The translations under genes were made by a program, and so were the position numbers. Positions 37,036-48,855 of a stretch of DNA of 64,000 nucleotides are shown here, piece after piece. Under the pieces are notes generated by a model. The model saw only the letters and a program-made list of their open reading frames with translations, was not told where the DNA came from and ran no database searches. Within the stretch, counting starts at the first letter, position 1; each line of letters starts with the position of its first letter. Source of the DNA: Chiloscyllium plagiosum (lineage: Eukaryota); assembly GCF_004010195.1 (NCBI RefSeq), contig NC_057750.1, positions 16,431,241-16,495,240 on the forward strand, in the 5' to 3' direction.

Positions 37036-39120
37036 AGTTAGAGACAAAAAAATACTGCAGATACTGGAAACCAAAGTAGACAAACAGGAGGCTCAAAGAA
37101 CACTGCAAGACAGACAGCATTAAGAGGTGAAGAAGTCAACGTTTTGGGTATAACTCTTCTTCAGGACTGGGGGGTGGGTGTAGGGGGAGTTGCAGATAAA
37201 GGGGTGGGGGGTGCAGGGTGGTGAGTGAACACAGGTAGAGGGTACAGCCTGGTTGGTCGATGGGAGGAATGAATCCAGTTGGTAGCTGGAAGGAAGGGTC
37301 GATCAGAGGAATGGAAGGGAGGGGAAGGGACTGGGAAGGGAGTCATGGGACGGGATAGGAGGTTATTTGGGATGGGATAGTGGCACAGTGGTTAGCGCTG
37401 CAGCCTCACTGCACCAGAGATCCGGGTTTGATGCCTGCCTCAGCCAACTGTCTGTGTGAAGCTTACACATTCTCCCCGTGTCTGCGTGGGTTTCCTCTGG
37501 CTGCTCTGGTTTCCTCCTACAATCCAAAGATATGCAGGTTAGGTGAATTGACCATGCTAAATTGTCCCATAGTGTTAGATGCATTAGTCAGGGAAAAATG
37601 TGGAGAAATAAGGGAATCGGTCTGGGTGGGTTACTCTTCGGAGAGTCAGTGTAGACTTGTTGGGCTGAAGGGCCTGTTTCCACACTAGTGATTCTGAGTT
37701 CTAAGTTATTTGAAATTGGAGAACTCAATGTTGAGTCCTCTGGGCTGGAGGCTGCCCAGGGGGAGGATGAGGTGTTGTTCCTCCAATTTGCAATCTGATA
37801 CGGTATGGCACTGGACAAGGCCAAGGATGGTCATGTCGGAAAGAGAGTGGGAAGGGGAATTAAAATGGGCGATGACTGGGAGGTCCACTTCATCGGGTTT
37901 ATGCCCGAAATGTCGACTCTCCTGCTCCTCGGATGCTGCCTGACCGTCTGTGCTTTTCCAGCTCTTCGACTCTGATCTCCAGCATTTGCAGTCCTCACTT
38001 TTTCCTGTAGGTTTGGTCGTCCTGATGTAGAGAAGACCACATCGGGAGCACTGGATGCAGTAAACTAGATTGTAAGCGTGGCAGGTGGACCTCCGTTTCA
38101 CCTGGAAGGGCTGTTTGGGGTCCTGGATGTAGGTGAGGGGAGTGGTGTACCGGCAGGTTATGCATCTTTTGCGGTCGCAGGGGAAGGTATGTGGAGGTTT
38201 GGTGGGGTTGGTGAGGAGGGTGGCACAAACCAAGGACTGGCAAAGGGAACGGTCCTTGCGGAAGTCAGAGAGGGGTGGGGAGGGGAAGATATTCTTGGTG
38301 GTGGGGTTTAATTGGAGTTGGCGGAAGTGTTTAAGGATGATACATTGGATGTGGAGACTGGTGGGGGGGTAGGGAGGACATGGGGTGGTAGGTGAGGACA
38401 AGGGGACCCTGTCTTTATTGTGTTTAGCGGGGGGGAGGGTTTAGAGCAATGGAGCGGAGAATGGAGGAAGCAGAGCAGAGCGCTGTCTGGATGACAGAGG
38501 GAGAAAAAGCACATTTTTCAAAATAGGTGGAAATCTGGGGTGCTTGGGTGTGGAATGTCTCTTTGTCCGAGCAGATGCAGCAGAGGCAGAGGAATTGGGA
38601 GAACGGGATGGAGTTCTTGCAGGATACTTGGGTGGGAGGGGTGTAGTCCAGATAATTGTAAGAGTCTGTGGGTTTATAGTAAACGTCCGTCTGGAGATTG
38701 TCACTGGAGATGGAAATGGAGAAGTCAGGGGAGGGAGGTGTCAGGGATGGACCAAGTGAATTTGAGGGCAGGTGGAAGTTGTGGGCGAAGTTAATGAACT
38801 GCTCCAGTTCAGCCTGGGTGTAGGATGCTCTCCTTCCTCACCCATCCATCGCCACTATACACCGAACCCCTCCAATTCTCCCTCTGCCTCACCACCTCAT
38901 ACCCCCGCACCCCTTCCCACACCCCCACCCCACTCCCCAGCTCAGCCTCCTCCCAATCTTCTTTCTCTCCCACACCCACTTCTCCCCACCACATCCAGCC
39001 ATCACCAACCAGGTCGTACACTCTACTTGTGTTCACCTATTCCTATCTCACCACCCACGCTCCCCCGATCTGCAGCTCCCCTTGCACTTTGGATTCTAGC
39101 ATCTGCAGCTTTATTGTCTC
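37036..39120 (-). mobile_element. Penelope-like retroelement (5'-truncated, decayed RT C-terminus plus GIY-YIG endonuclease) with inverted pLTR copy
   Basis: ORF 37706-38401 has NLVYCIQCSRCGLLYI...HFNSPSHS...LEEQHLILPLGSLQPRGLN; 38830-39120 is an inverted copy of the 3' end; TSD tttgttatt(t/g)taacag at 37020-37035 and 39121-39136. Confidence 0.85.
37370..37704 (+). mobile_element. HE1-like SINE (older) inserted into the PLE at its stop codon
   Basis: Same family; TSD gttatttg (37362-37369 and 37705-37712). Confidence 0.8.
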
Positions 39121-39247
39121 TTTGTTATTGTAACAGCTGGTAAAACATAGCACAGTGCAAATGCCTGCAGGGAGAAGGGAACAGGAAAGAAACAGGAAAA
39201 CAATCATTGTTAGGAGATAGCATCATGTACCAACCTTTAATGAAACA

Positions 39248-39463
39248 CAGGGAAAGTGAAGACTGCAGATGCTGGAGATCAGTCAAAGAGTGCGGTGCTG
39301 GAAAAGCACAGCCAGTCAGGCAGCATCCGAGGAGCAGGAGAATCGATGTTTTGAGCATAAGCCCTTCATCAGGAGATGAAGGGCTCAGGTTTGAAACGTT
39401 GATTCTCCTGCTCCTCAGATGCTGCCTGACCGGCTGTGGTTTTCCAGCATTGCACTCTTCGAC
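39248..39463. mobile_element. Family A fold-back insert
   Basis: Inverted arms meet at ttcatcaggagatgaa; TSD taatgaaaca (39238-39247 and 39464-39473). Confidence 0.75.
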
Positions 39464-40342
39464 TAATGAAACAGAACAAGATAGCTAGCATAATATTAGA
39501 TCACACTGATCACAGTAAACTGATCTCCCATACAGTGTATCTTAATAACCACTCCTAACACTCCATGAGCAATAAATTATTTGAACTTGCAGTGTAGTGA
39601 CAGTACTACATAGGCAGGTCTTTGTGCACATGAAGTTCTCACAAATGGCAACCTGCCCAGCTGATTTCCAGTGGTGTTGGTTTAACAAAGAACAAACCTG
39701 TTCGTCTAGGGCTATGGTATTCTTAACACTCCCATAAATGTGTGTATGGGCCTTGGTTTAATATCTTATCCAGAGAACAATGCCTGAGGCAATTCAGAAT
39801 ACTCATAATGCTGCATTCCATATTAGTCTAAATTGTGCTTGGACTGCCCTGTGAGGCTCAAACTCTCAACTTTCTGATAAATTTGAGAATGTTTACTTTT
39901 GAAAGGCATTAAGATAAGAATGCCAGATAGGAACACAATCAATATTTACAGGAATTGAAACTCTTTTTCTTATTTGAACAGAATTGACAGTCGAGCCTGA
40001 ATGGCTCACAAAACAGCATCACAAAATGGTGACAGCATTCCCCCATCCCTATGCTCGGCCAGTTATCCTGCAAATCTTTCCTCTTCAGGTCCTTAAACAC
40101 AATTGATTCTGCTTCCCCCACCCTCTCAGGCAGTGCAAACCGGGTACCAAGAGCAATTGCATAAAATGTTTTTTTTCTCTTGTCACCATTGGAGGCCATT
40201 TATTCTTTTTCTAATCTGGTTTTCTTGCTCTTGATCCTTTCACCAATGAGAACACATTTCCCTATCTACTCTGTGCAGGACCCTCATGACTTTGAATATC
40301 TGTCAAATCTTCTCAATCTCCTCTTTTCCAAGTGAAGCTCTA

Positions 40343-41275
40343 AGGTATAATTAGTAAGTTTGCAGATGACACCAAAATTGGAGATGTAGTAGACAGTGAA
40401 GAAGGTTACCTCAGATTACAATGGGATCTTGATCAGATGGGCCAATGGGCTGAGAAGTGGCAGATGGAGTTTAATTTAGATAAACGTGAGGTGCTACATT
40501 TTGGGAAAGCAAATCTTAGCAGGACGTATATACTTAATGGTAAGATTCTAGGGAGTTCTGCTGAACAAAGAGACCTTGGAGTGCAGGTTCATAGCTCCTT
40601 TGAAAGTAGGGTCACAGGTAGATAGGTTAGTGAAGAAGGCGTTTGGTTTGCTTTCCTTTATTGGTCAGAGTATTGAGTACAGGAGTTGGGAGGTCATGTT
40701 GTGGCTGTACAGGCTATTGGTTAGGCTACTTTTGGAATATTGCATGCAATTCTGGTCTCCTTCCTATCGCAAAGATGTTGTGAAACTTGAAAGGGTTCAG
40801 AAAAGATTTATGAGGATGTTGCCAGGGTTGGAGGATCTGAGCTCCAGGGAGAGGCTGAACAGGCTGGAGTTGTTTTCCCTGCAGCATCGGAGGTTGAGGG
40901 GTGATATTATAGAGGTTTATAAAATCGTGAGGGCTTGGATAGGGTAAATAGACAAGTTTCTTCCCTGGGGTGGAGGATTACAGAACTAGAGGGCATAGGT
41001 TTAGAGTGAGAGGGGAAAGATATAAAAGGGACCTAAGGGGCAAATATTTTACACAGAGGGTGGTGCGTGTATGGAATGCGCTGTCAGAGGAAGTGGTGGA
41101 GGCTGGTACAATTGCAACATTTAAAAGGCATCTGGATGGGTAAATGAACAGGAAGGATTTGGAGAGATATGGGCGAGGTGCTGGCAGGTGGAACTAGATT
41201 GGGTTGGGATATCCACTCGGCACAGACGAGTTGGACTGAAGGGTCTGTTTCCATGCTGTACATCTCTATGACTCG
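40343..41275 (+). mobile_element. CR1 LINE 3' fragment (RT C-terminus plus 3' UTR)
   Basis: KFADDTK...LEYCMQFWSP...LERVQKRF...RLRGD; ends ctctatgactc. Confidence 0.93.
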
Positions 41276-42153
41276 AAGAGGCATTTAGCCTGAAAGGGTC
41301 AACTCAGAAGCTTTACAATAGCTCCAGCCACTGATATATAAATGGCTGTCTTGGGGAAGGACCAGTCAGATCTATATTAGTTCTAAGCCAGTCTAACAGA
41401 AGTGTAGCATAGACACAATTACCGTCCCTTAGGAGATGACAATGTCTCTTAGCCAGTATTATTGTAGTGAACCATCCCCAATTTAAGCAACCTCTTGTCT
41501 TACCGTTAAACAACAAACTCAAGTGTAACTCACGTACGTGACTTTTCGGTTGAAGATGTACTTGTTGCGAGTCCTTCGCTATTCACTTCTAGTAAGCCCT
41601 ATAAATATACAACACAACTCATGGAGGCAAATGTACCCAAAGAAGACCTTTGCAGAACTAGGAGTCAGCAGACAGTGTCCCTTACAACAGAGAGCAGCAG
41701 TCTCAGCTTCTTCTTTCTATCCATGGAAGTGAAGGTCCTCATCCTCAAAACCACTCATTCCTGTGAATCTTTTCTGTGCCCTCCCAATTGCCTACTCGTC
41801 GTTCCACAAAGGTGATGAGGTGAATAATGAGCAGAGAGCTGTTCCATCCTGCAGTGTACAGCCCAATGGGAAACTGTGGAGTAGGGTGTCATTAATATGC
41901 AGAGGGATGCCATACATAACTATAGCCTCAATGGTAGAGACCCTGCTAGAAGGTCAGAAGGTCAGAACTGGAGCAGTTTCAGGCAGAGATGCCAACAGCT
42001 GAATCATTATGCGCGCATATATTATGAATCAATCCTGCTTGAAGAAAATCTTTGAGGTCAGACCTGTGATTATCTGATGAGTTGAACCCCGTACTAAAAC
42101 AAAACCAGGTTGAATCATAACTTTCAAATGAAATAGGACACAATTTAGAGAAA

Positions 42154-42395
42154 GTGAGGACTGGAGATCAGAATTGAAGAGTGTAGTGCTGGAAAAACAC
42201 AGCCAGTCAGGCAGCATCCTAGGAGCAGGAGAATCCATATTTCGGGCATAAGCCCTTCATCAAAATCAAAACATCGATTCTCCTGCTCCTTATAGCTCGT
42301 TCCTATGAAGGGCTTATGCCCGAAACATTGATTCTCCTGCTCCTTGGATGCTGCTTGACCGGCTGTACTTTTCCAGCAGCACATTCTTCAACTAA
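42154..42395. mobile_element. Family A fold-back insert with an extra partial unit
   Basis: Inverted arms; TSD aatttagagaaa (42142-42153 and 42396-42407). Confidence 0.72.
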
Positions 42396-42880
42396 AATTT
42401 AGAGAAACACTGAATAAACTTATGTCACGCCAGTTTCATGCCTTGAATTACGTGACAGCAGTGAAAATCTGGGAATGGCGCAAAAAATGTTACCGAGCAG
42501 TGGTTGGGTCAGAAAGGTTGAGTTGTTGACCAGGGAGGAGTAAATATTTGTTTGCCAGTGCTGAGGGTTTTAAAATACTTGGGTTTGCCATAAAAAAAAG
42601 GCCCATTTTCATTTCACAGGCTGCACTCACATCAGCATGGAATAGAAAATTATCCCACCTATTGACAGAAAGAAATTGCACATGTTTAATAGGGCCTTGC
42701 AGTTGTCAAAACTGAGTCCAAGCTGACTTGATGGTCACAACTCCAAAATCCTGATCCGCAATCCCACTGGGGTCACAATCCACATTTTGGGAAGCCCTGT
42801 GTTAAATACTTGAAAAGGAAAAGTAGGCCAGGCTACATGGGAAGAACGGAACTAATTTGATTGTGCTTTCAAAGAGCCAG

Positions 42881-43087
42881 AAATGTGTTGCTGGAAAAGC
42901 GCAGCAGGTCAGGCATCATCCAGGGAACAGGAGAATCGACGTTTCGGGCATAAGCCCTTCCTGAAGAAGGGCTTATGCCCGGAACGTCGATTCTCCTGTT
43001 CCCTGGATGCTGCCTGACCTGCTGCGCTTTTCCAGCAACACATTTCCAGCTCTGATCTCCAGCATCTGCAGACCTCACATTCTCCTC
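42881..43087. mobile_element. Young family A fold-back insert, about 80-bp near-perfect inverted arms centred on the hammerhead core
   Basis: Arms 42881-42960 and 42966-43045; perfect 15-bp TSD ctttcaaagagccag (42866-42880 and 43088-43102). Confidence 0.85.
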
Positions 43088-43635
43088 CTTTCAAAGAGCC
43101 AGCACATGTATGAAGGCTGAATAGCCTCCTTTTGAGCTGTATCATTCAATGCACTGATATCATGTGACACTTCCTTCGTGAGAAAACGCTAAGAAGGATC
43201 ACTACTAATCCAAGTTGATTTTAATTCAGTTTCCCATCACAGTGAGTGGTTAACACACAGATGCTAGGCATTTCAATTGGAGACAAAATTTGGGTAGCCT
43301 GAACAAGACCTTATAATGGAAGCACTAAGCCTGTAGTACACAGCAGGATCCCACACTGTGGGGAAGGATGTGTTCACTGCTTTTGTTTTAATGACATGCG
43401 TGAAGGAGGATTGTTGATGGCCCATTGGGTGATTCCCTGGGCCTTTAACAAACAATGTCACAGGACATTGAAGATGATAAGATCATCATGACTGTGGGAG
43501 ACCAACCAGCTCAAAGGTCAATTGTTTTCAGAAAACCCGAAAATTCCCTTCAGCATATAGTTGTTTGTTAAATGACTCTGAGATTTTCATTTCCCTTGAT
43601 GTTGAATAATTTTGTTTATGGGGAGACAATTTTCT

Positions 43636-43975
43636 CGTGGTATTATTGCTGGACTGTTCATCCAGAGACCCAGATAATGTTCTGGGGACTTCAGGTTCGA
43701 ACCCTGCCTTGACGGATGATGGAATTTGAATTCAATTAGAATCTGGAATTAAAAATCTAATGGTAATCATGAAACTGTTGCTGATTGTTGGGAAAAACCC
43801 ATCTGGTTCACTAATGTCCTTTAGAAGAGGAAACTGCCATCCTTACTTGGTCTGGCTGACATGTAACTCCAGACCCACAGAAACATAGTTAACTCATCAC
43901 TGCCCTCTGGGCAATTTGGGATGGTTAATAAGTGCTGGTCTAGCCAGCAATACCCTTACCCCATGAATAAGTTAA
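43636..43975 (+). mobile_element. Abundant tRNA-headed SINE family (unnamed here); copies near 740-910, 8910-9200, 14970-15160, 25540-26190, 31200-31500, 33270-33560
   Basis: B box ggttcgaaccc; shared body ggttcactaatgtccttta...ccatccttac.tggtctggc. Confidence 0.6.
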
Positions 43976-46427
43976 AAGAATTGGGTGAAACCAAACTTTC
44001 TAGATGGAATTTCACAGCACAGAAACTGTTTGCCAATCAGGTCCTCATCAGACTTGGCACTTCACAGAAGTCTCTTCCCACCTTCAACTAACTTTACAAA
44101 ACCAACTACCTATTCCTTTAACTCTCTCATGTCCTTCAAGTGATGCTTGTAATTGCAGTTCAACTGGTTCTCAACATTCTGGATTCAAATCCCAAACAAA
44201 GGCTTGCACACAAATAGTTTACAGCCAGTACACTATTGAGGGGAAGCTGTAGCATCAGAGGCTCAGTCTTTCAGATGAGATGTGAAACTGTGGCCTCATC
44301 TCCCTAAATTGGGTGGATGCAAATGATCCCACAATGCCAATTCACCCATATATCCCCTGGAGGAGACACTGGCATTGTGGTAATATCACTGAACTAGTCA
44401 TCCAAAAGGTTCATGCTCTGGGACATGGGTTCAATCCCAATCACTCAACAGTGAGATTGAAAAGCTTCTGTAATGGTGATCATGACAATTACCATCAAAC
44501 TTCCTAAAAACCCAAACTGAGGTTGGTTTCAATCCCCTTCTGAATCTGAGGGCTGAAGGTTCCTGTCATGTTCTAGAGACCCCAGCACAAAAATCCAGGC
44601 TGCCACTCCAGTGCACTAGTAAGGAAGCGTTGCACTGTCAGGGGTGCTGTCTTTTGAAGGAGATATTAAACAAAGAGCCCTCATCCACCCTCTATGATGA
44701 ATGTAAAACATCTCATAGGCCATACTTATCTCTCAACCAACCACACAAAAGATATCACATTGCTATTTGCGGGAGCTTGCTGTGAACAAACTGGCTCATG
44801 GGTTTCCCACATTAAGACAGGATCTACTTTTCAAAAGTACTTGCAAAGACTGTAACATGCCTTATGATGTTCTGAGCACCTCAAAACTGTCATAAAAATG
44901 TAAGTTCTTACTTTGTAGTATGATTGAAAATGTACACAATGTGGGTAACAGACAGGGTCAAGGATGGGCTTAAGCTTACATTAGATACTCCTATGATTCA
45001 ACAGTAAAACATCCCAATCGGAATACTTGTAATGTTGATTCATAGATAGGGCATCATCCACAAACATGGCAAGTTCTGCTCATGCCCAGTTGTTTTGAGG
45101 AACTGGTATCGATGGATTTGGTTGGTTTCTTTCCCGAAAAGAAGTTAGTGAACCGGTTTGGTTTGTTACAAACCACTAAGTCACTATTACTAAAAACACA
45201 ACTTCTATTTCCAGATTTACTTTTCCAACTGAATTAAATGTACAGACTGGTATTTTGAGGATTTCAACACACTCCTTAGATGATGAGCTTAGGCATTTAG
45301 ATTAGCAACATAAGATCATAACAAATAGGAACAGGGTTAGGCCATTCGGTCTGTCAACCTCTTCTGCCAGTCAATAGGATCATGGCTGATCTGACATTCC
45401 CCAAGTCCACTTTCCTGCATTTTCCCCCTTAACACTTGATCCTCCTACTGATTATGAATCTATCTCAGCTTTAGATATGCACAAGGACTCTATCCCCTCA
45501 GCTCTCTATAGCAAGTAATTCCAAAGACTCTAAACTCTCAGAAGAAATTCATCCATATCTCAGTTTTAAATTCAGAGACTATGCATCTTGCCCTAAACTC
45601 CCATGAGGGGAACATCCTCTCAATATTTACCATGTCAAGATCCCTAAGAATCCTGTATGTTTCAATGAAATCATCTCTGATTCTTCTGACTCCAGTGAGT
45701 AGAGTCCCAATCTATTTAGCTTTTTCTCATAAGGCAATTTCTCCATACCAGGGATTACCCTAGTGAACCCTCACTGAACTGATTTCAATATCTCTCCTTA
45801 AATAAGGGAACCAAAACTACTCTCAGTACTTCAGATGTGGTCTCACCAGCACCTTGCAGTAAGACTTCCCTAATCTTATAATCCAATCCCTTGAAATAAG
45901 GGCCAATGATCCATTAGCACACCTGCTGCACTTATGTCGTAGCTTTCTGTGTTTAATTACAAATATTTACAATTCCCTTCGTGATGCAGCTTTCTGCATT
46001 TTAATCCCTTTAAATAATATTGTTCTCCCTTCCAAAATGATCATATTTGCCAATTTTTTTGCTTACTTAACCTCTCTCTATATTTCTGTAAACTGTTATG
46101 TCCGTCTTGCCACCTGTCTTTCCATCTGTTTTTGTGGCTAAAGTACATTCACCTCCTTCCACCAAGTTATTCATGTATATTGTAAACAGTCATGGTCCCA
46201 GCACTGATCCCTGTGGAACCAACCTGAATAAGCCTGATCCTCATTCACTGTTTTCTGCCCATTGCCAATTCTTTATCCATTGAATTATACTACCTACAAC
46301 ACCATGGGCAGTTATGACTTAACCTTTGCGAGGTACCTTGTCAAATACCTTCTGGAAGTCCAAATACAACATATCTACTGCATCCCTTCTATCCACTTTA
46401 GTTGAGACTTCCTTGAAAAACTCTAAG

Positions 46428-47238
46428 ACAGGTTCATAGTTCCTTGAAAGTGGAGTCACAGATAGATAGGATAGTGAAGAAGGCGTTTAGCATACTTTCC
46501 TTTATTGGTCAGAGTATTAAGTATAGGAGTCTAGATTAGAATGGTGCTGGAAAAGCACAGCAGATCAGGCAGCATCCGAGGAGCAGGAAAATCGACGTTT
46601 CGGGCAAAAGCCCTTCATCAGGAATAGAGTATAGAAGTATTGAGTATAGGAGTCAAGAAGTCATATTGCAGCTGTACAGGCCATTGGTTAGACCACTTTT
46701 GAATATTGTGTAAATTCTAGTTTCCCTCCTATCGGAAGGACGTTGTGAAACTTGAAAGGGTTCAGAAAAGATTTACAAGGATGTTGCTAAGGTTGGAGGG
46801 TTTGAGCTATAGGAAGATGTATAGACTAGGACTGTTTTGCCTGGAGTGTCAGAGGCTGAGGGGTGACCTTATAGAGGTTTATAAAATCATGAGGGGCATG
46901 GATGGGATAAATGGACAGTCTTTTCCCTGGGGTGGGGGAGTTCAGAACTAGAGGGCATAGGTTTAGGGTGAGAGAGGAAAGATATAAAAGAGGCCTAAGG
47001 GGCAACTTTTTCACACAGAGGGTGGTATGTGTATGGAATGAGGTGCCAGAGGAAGTGGTGAAGGCTAGTACGACTGCAACATTTAAAAGGCATTTGGATG
47101 GGTATATGAATAGATAGGGTTTGGAGGGATATGGCCCAGGTGCTGGCATGTGGGACTGGATTGGGTTGGGATTTCTGGTCAGCATGGACAAGTTGGACCG
47201 AAGGGTCTGTTTCCATGCTGTATATCTCTATGACTCTA
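46428..47238 (+). mobile_element. CR1 3' fragment nested in an older minus-strand CR1 (about 45310-47410)
   Basis: Same subfamily as 40343-41275; itself interrupted by a hammerhead insert. Confidence 0.9.
46592..46622 (-). ncRNA. Minimal hammerhead motif (family A), intact core, in an insert within a CR1 RT fragment
   Basis: Minus strand C-CUGAUGA-A-GGGC uuuu GCCC-GAAA-CG-UC-GA; 19-bp near-perfect TSD at 46513-46531 and 46636-46654. Confidence 0.72.
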
Positions 47239-48823
47239 ATAAATTATTCAGTGACTACTTCCCTTTCCCTGAAGCCATGCTAATTCTGCTTGGTTAAATT
47301 ATGATTTTCTACATATTTTGCTATTACTTCCTTGAAACTTGATTCTAATACTTTTCCAACAATAGATGATAAGCTAATTGGCCAACAGTTAGCCACTTTT
47401 TGCCTTTCTCTTGCTGCATGACCGTAAGCATGTCTAAGTGATTTAGGGATGCACAGCATATCGTGTCCTTCATGACCTCAAGACTTCCCAAAGCACTCTT
47501 AGTCAACAAACTGCTGTTTTTTTTGGAGTGAAGTCACGGTTGTTAATCTGGGAAATAATTTGGACACAGCAAGATTCCTTGAAATAACAAATGATCAGAT
47601 TTTCTGCTCACCTGAAGAGATCTCAGTTCAGCAGTTCATCTGGGATGACCATGCCCCTGCTGCACTCCTCAGCTCCACCCTGGAATGTCCATCAGTCAGG
47701 CATTTTCTTCTGGCCTCTCCAAAACAGGGTCTTGAAAATCCAGAAGCGCAGGTGGAAGGCATGGTCCACAGCTGCTTGGAGAGTTGAAAGTTGGGTTTGG
47801 GAGGTGAAATGTTGAAATCTTCGTCAATTCCCAGAAGGACAAAGAACAGTAAAATATAACAAGGGGGAGAAAAACCCGAAGAACTGCGGGTGCTGAAAAT
47901 CAAAAAGAAAAAGAGATTGCTGGAAAAACTCAGCAAAAAGCAGAATTCATGCACTGATCTAGCTCGACTTGTATTCTTCAAAATGAAGCAACGGTATGTT
48001 CGTTTATGAAAACTACATTTTAATCTCCACCTGGACAATAAATTCAGGGATCTTGCCGCGCAACAAGTCCCCACCACGTGCGCCACAAGGGATAGCTTTA
48101 ATCTGTTTTTTGTTTTAAATGGCTCTTTATTTGGTTCATATTGAAGTGTTGTTTTTGTTTGTTTGGAAGGTAGAGTGTGGGCTGGGAGGAGCGCGCTGTT
48201 GTGGAGCTTCAGCCTCGGCCATGTTCCTCTCTGGGCGGGAAGACGGCCTCAGGCGGTTTTCAGAGAGAAGCCAAAAAAACACAAACAAAAACTCACACTT
48301 TGCTCGGTCCGGCCGCACTCCCTAATGCAGCAGAATGCCGCACTCGGAGCCTGTTGCTGACGCTCCAGCTGACAGATGTCTGTTTGATGGTCACAAAAGT
48401 CTCCGTGGGCTGTGTGTCCATCTGCCGAGGCCGATGGCGACGACGACAACATGAACGTGGCTTCCATCGGATCCCGGGCCTTGCAGACTCCCCGCCAGGC
48501 GTCAGGCTGAGGACAGGGCGGGGGAAGGGGCATCTGTTGGTTTGCATCCAACCTCTTTACCCCCCCCCCCTCACCCTTGAAAAAGTCACCAGCCCGAAAA
48601 CAGGCCATTCTTCTCGGTTCGTGTGTGTGTGGCGTCACGTTTGTCCCATCGAGGGTGAGGAAGGAAGGGGCCTGTGTTAAACAGAATGTCTTAACCTCCC
48701 CTGGGGTGGGGCAGTTGTGTCCCATTCTGTTACTGATGTGCGAAAGAGATCAACCACGGTGTCACAGAAACCCAGCGAAAGTAGGATTCCATTCCCTCAT
48801 CCTGAATTCACGTTATAGACAAC

Positions 48824-48855
48824 CTGATGAAGGAGCAGCGCTCCGAAAGCTAGTG
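48824..48855 (+). ncRNA. Minimal hammerhead motif (family B) in a 64-bp insert (48823-48886)
   Basis: CUGAUGA-A-GGAGCagcGCUCC-GAAA-GC-UA-GUG; flanked by the direct repeat TAGACAA (48816-48822 and 48887-48893). Confidence 0.72.

Noticed and set aside
42881-43045. Long hairpins as pre-miRNAs or DNA-transposon MITEs
   Set aside because: Multi-copy, variable 7-19 bp TSDs, unequal arms and a PLE-linked tail point to a retroelement origin; no fixed TIR/TSD signature.
47612-47775. Minus-strand coding exon (donor CAG|gtgagc at 47611)
   Set aside because: Stops in all three frames and the donor abuts a SINE fragment; at most a non-coding exon.
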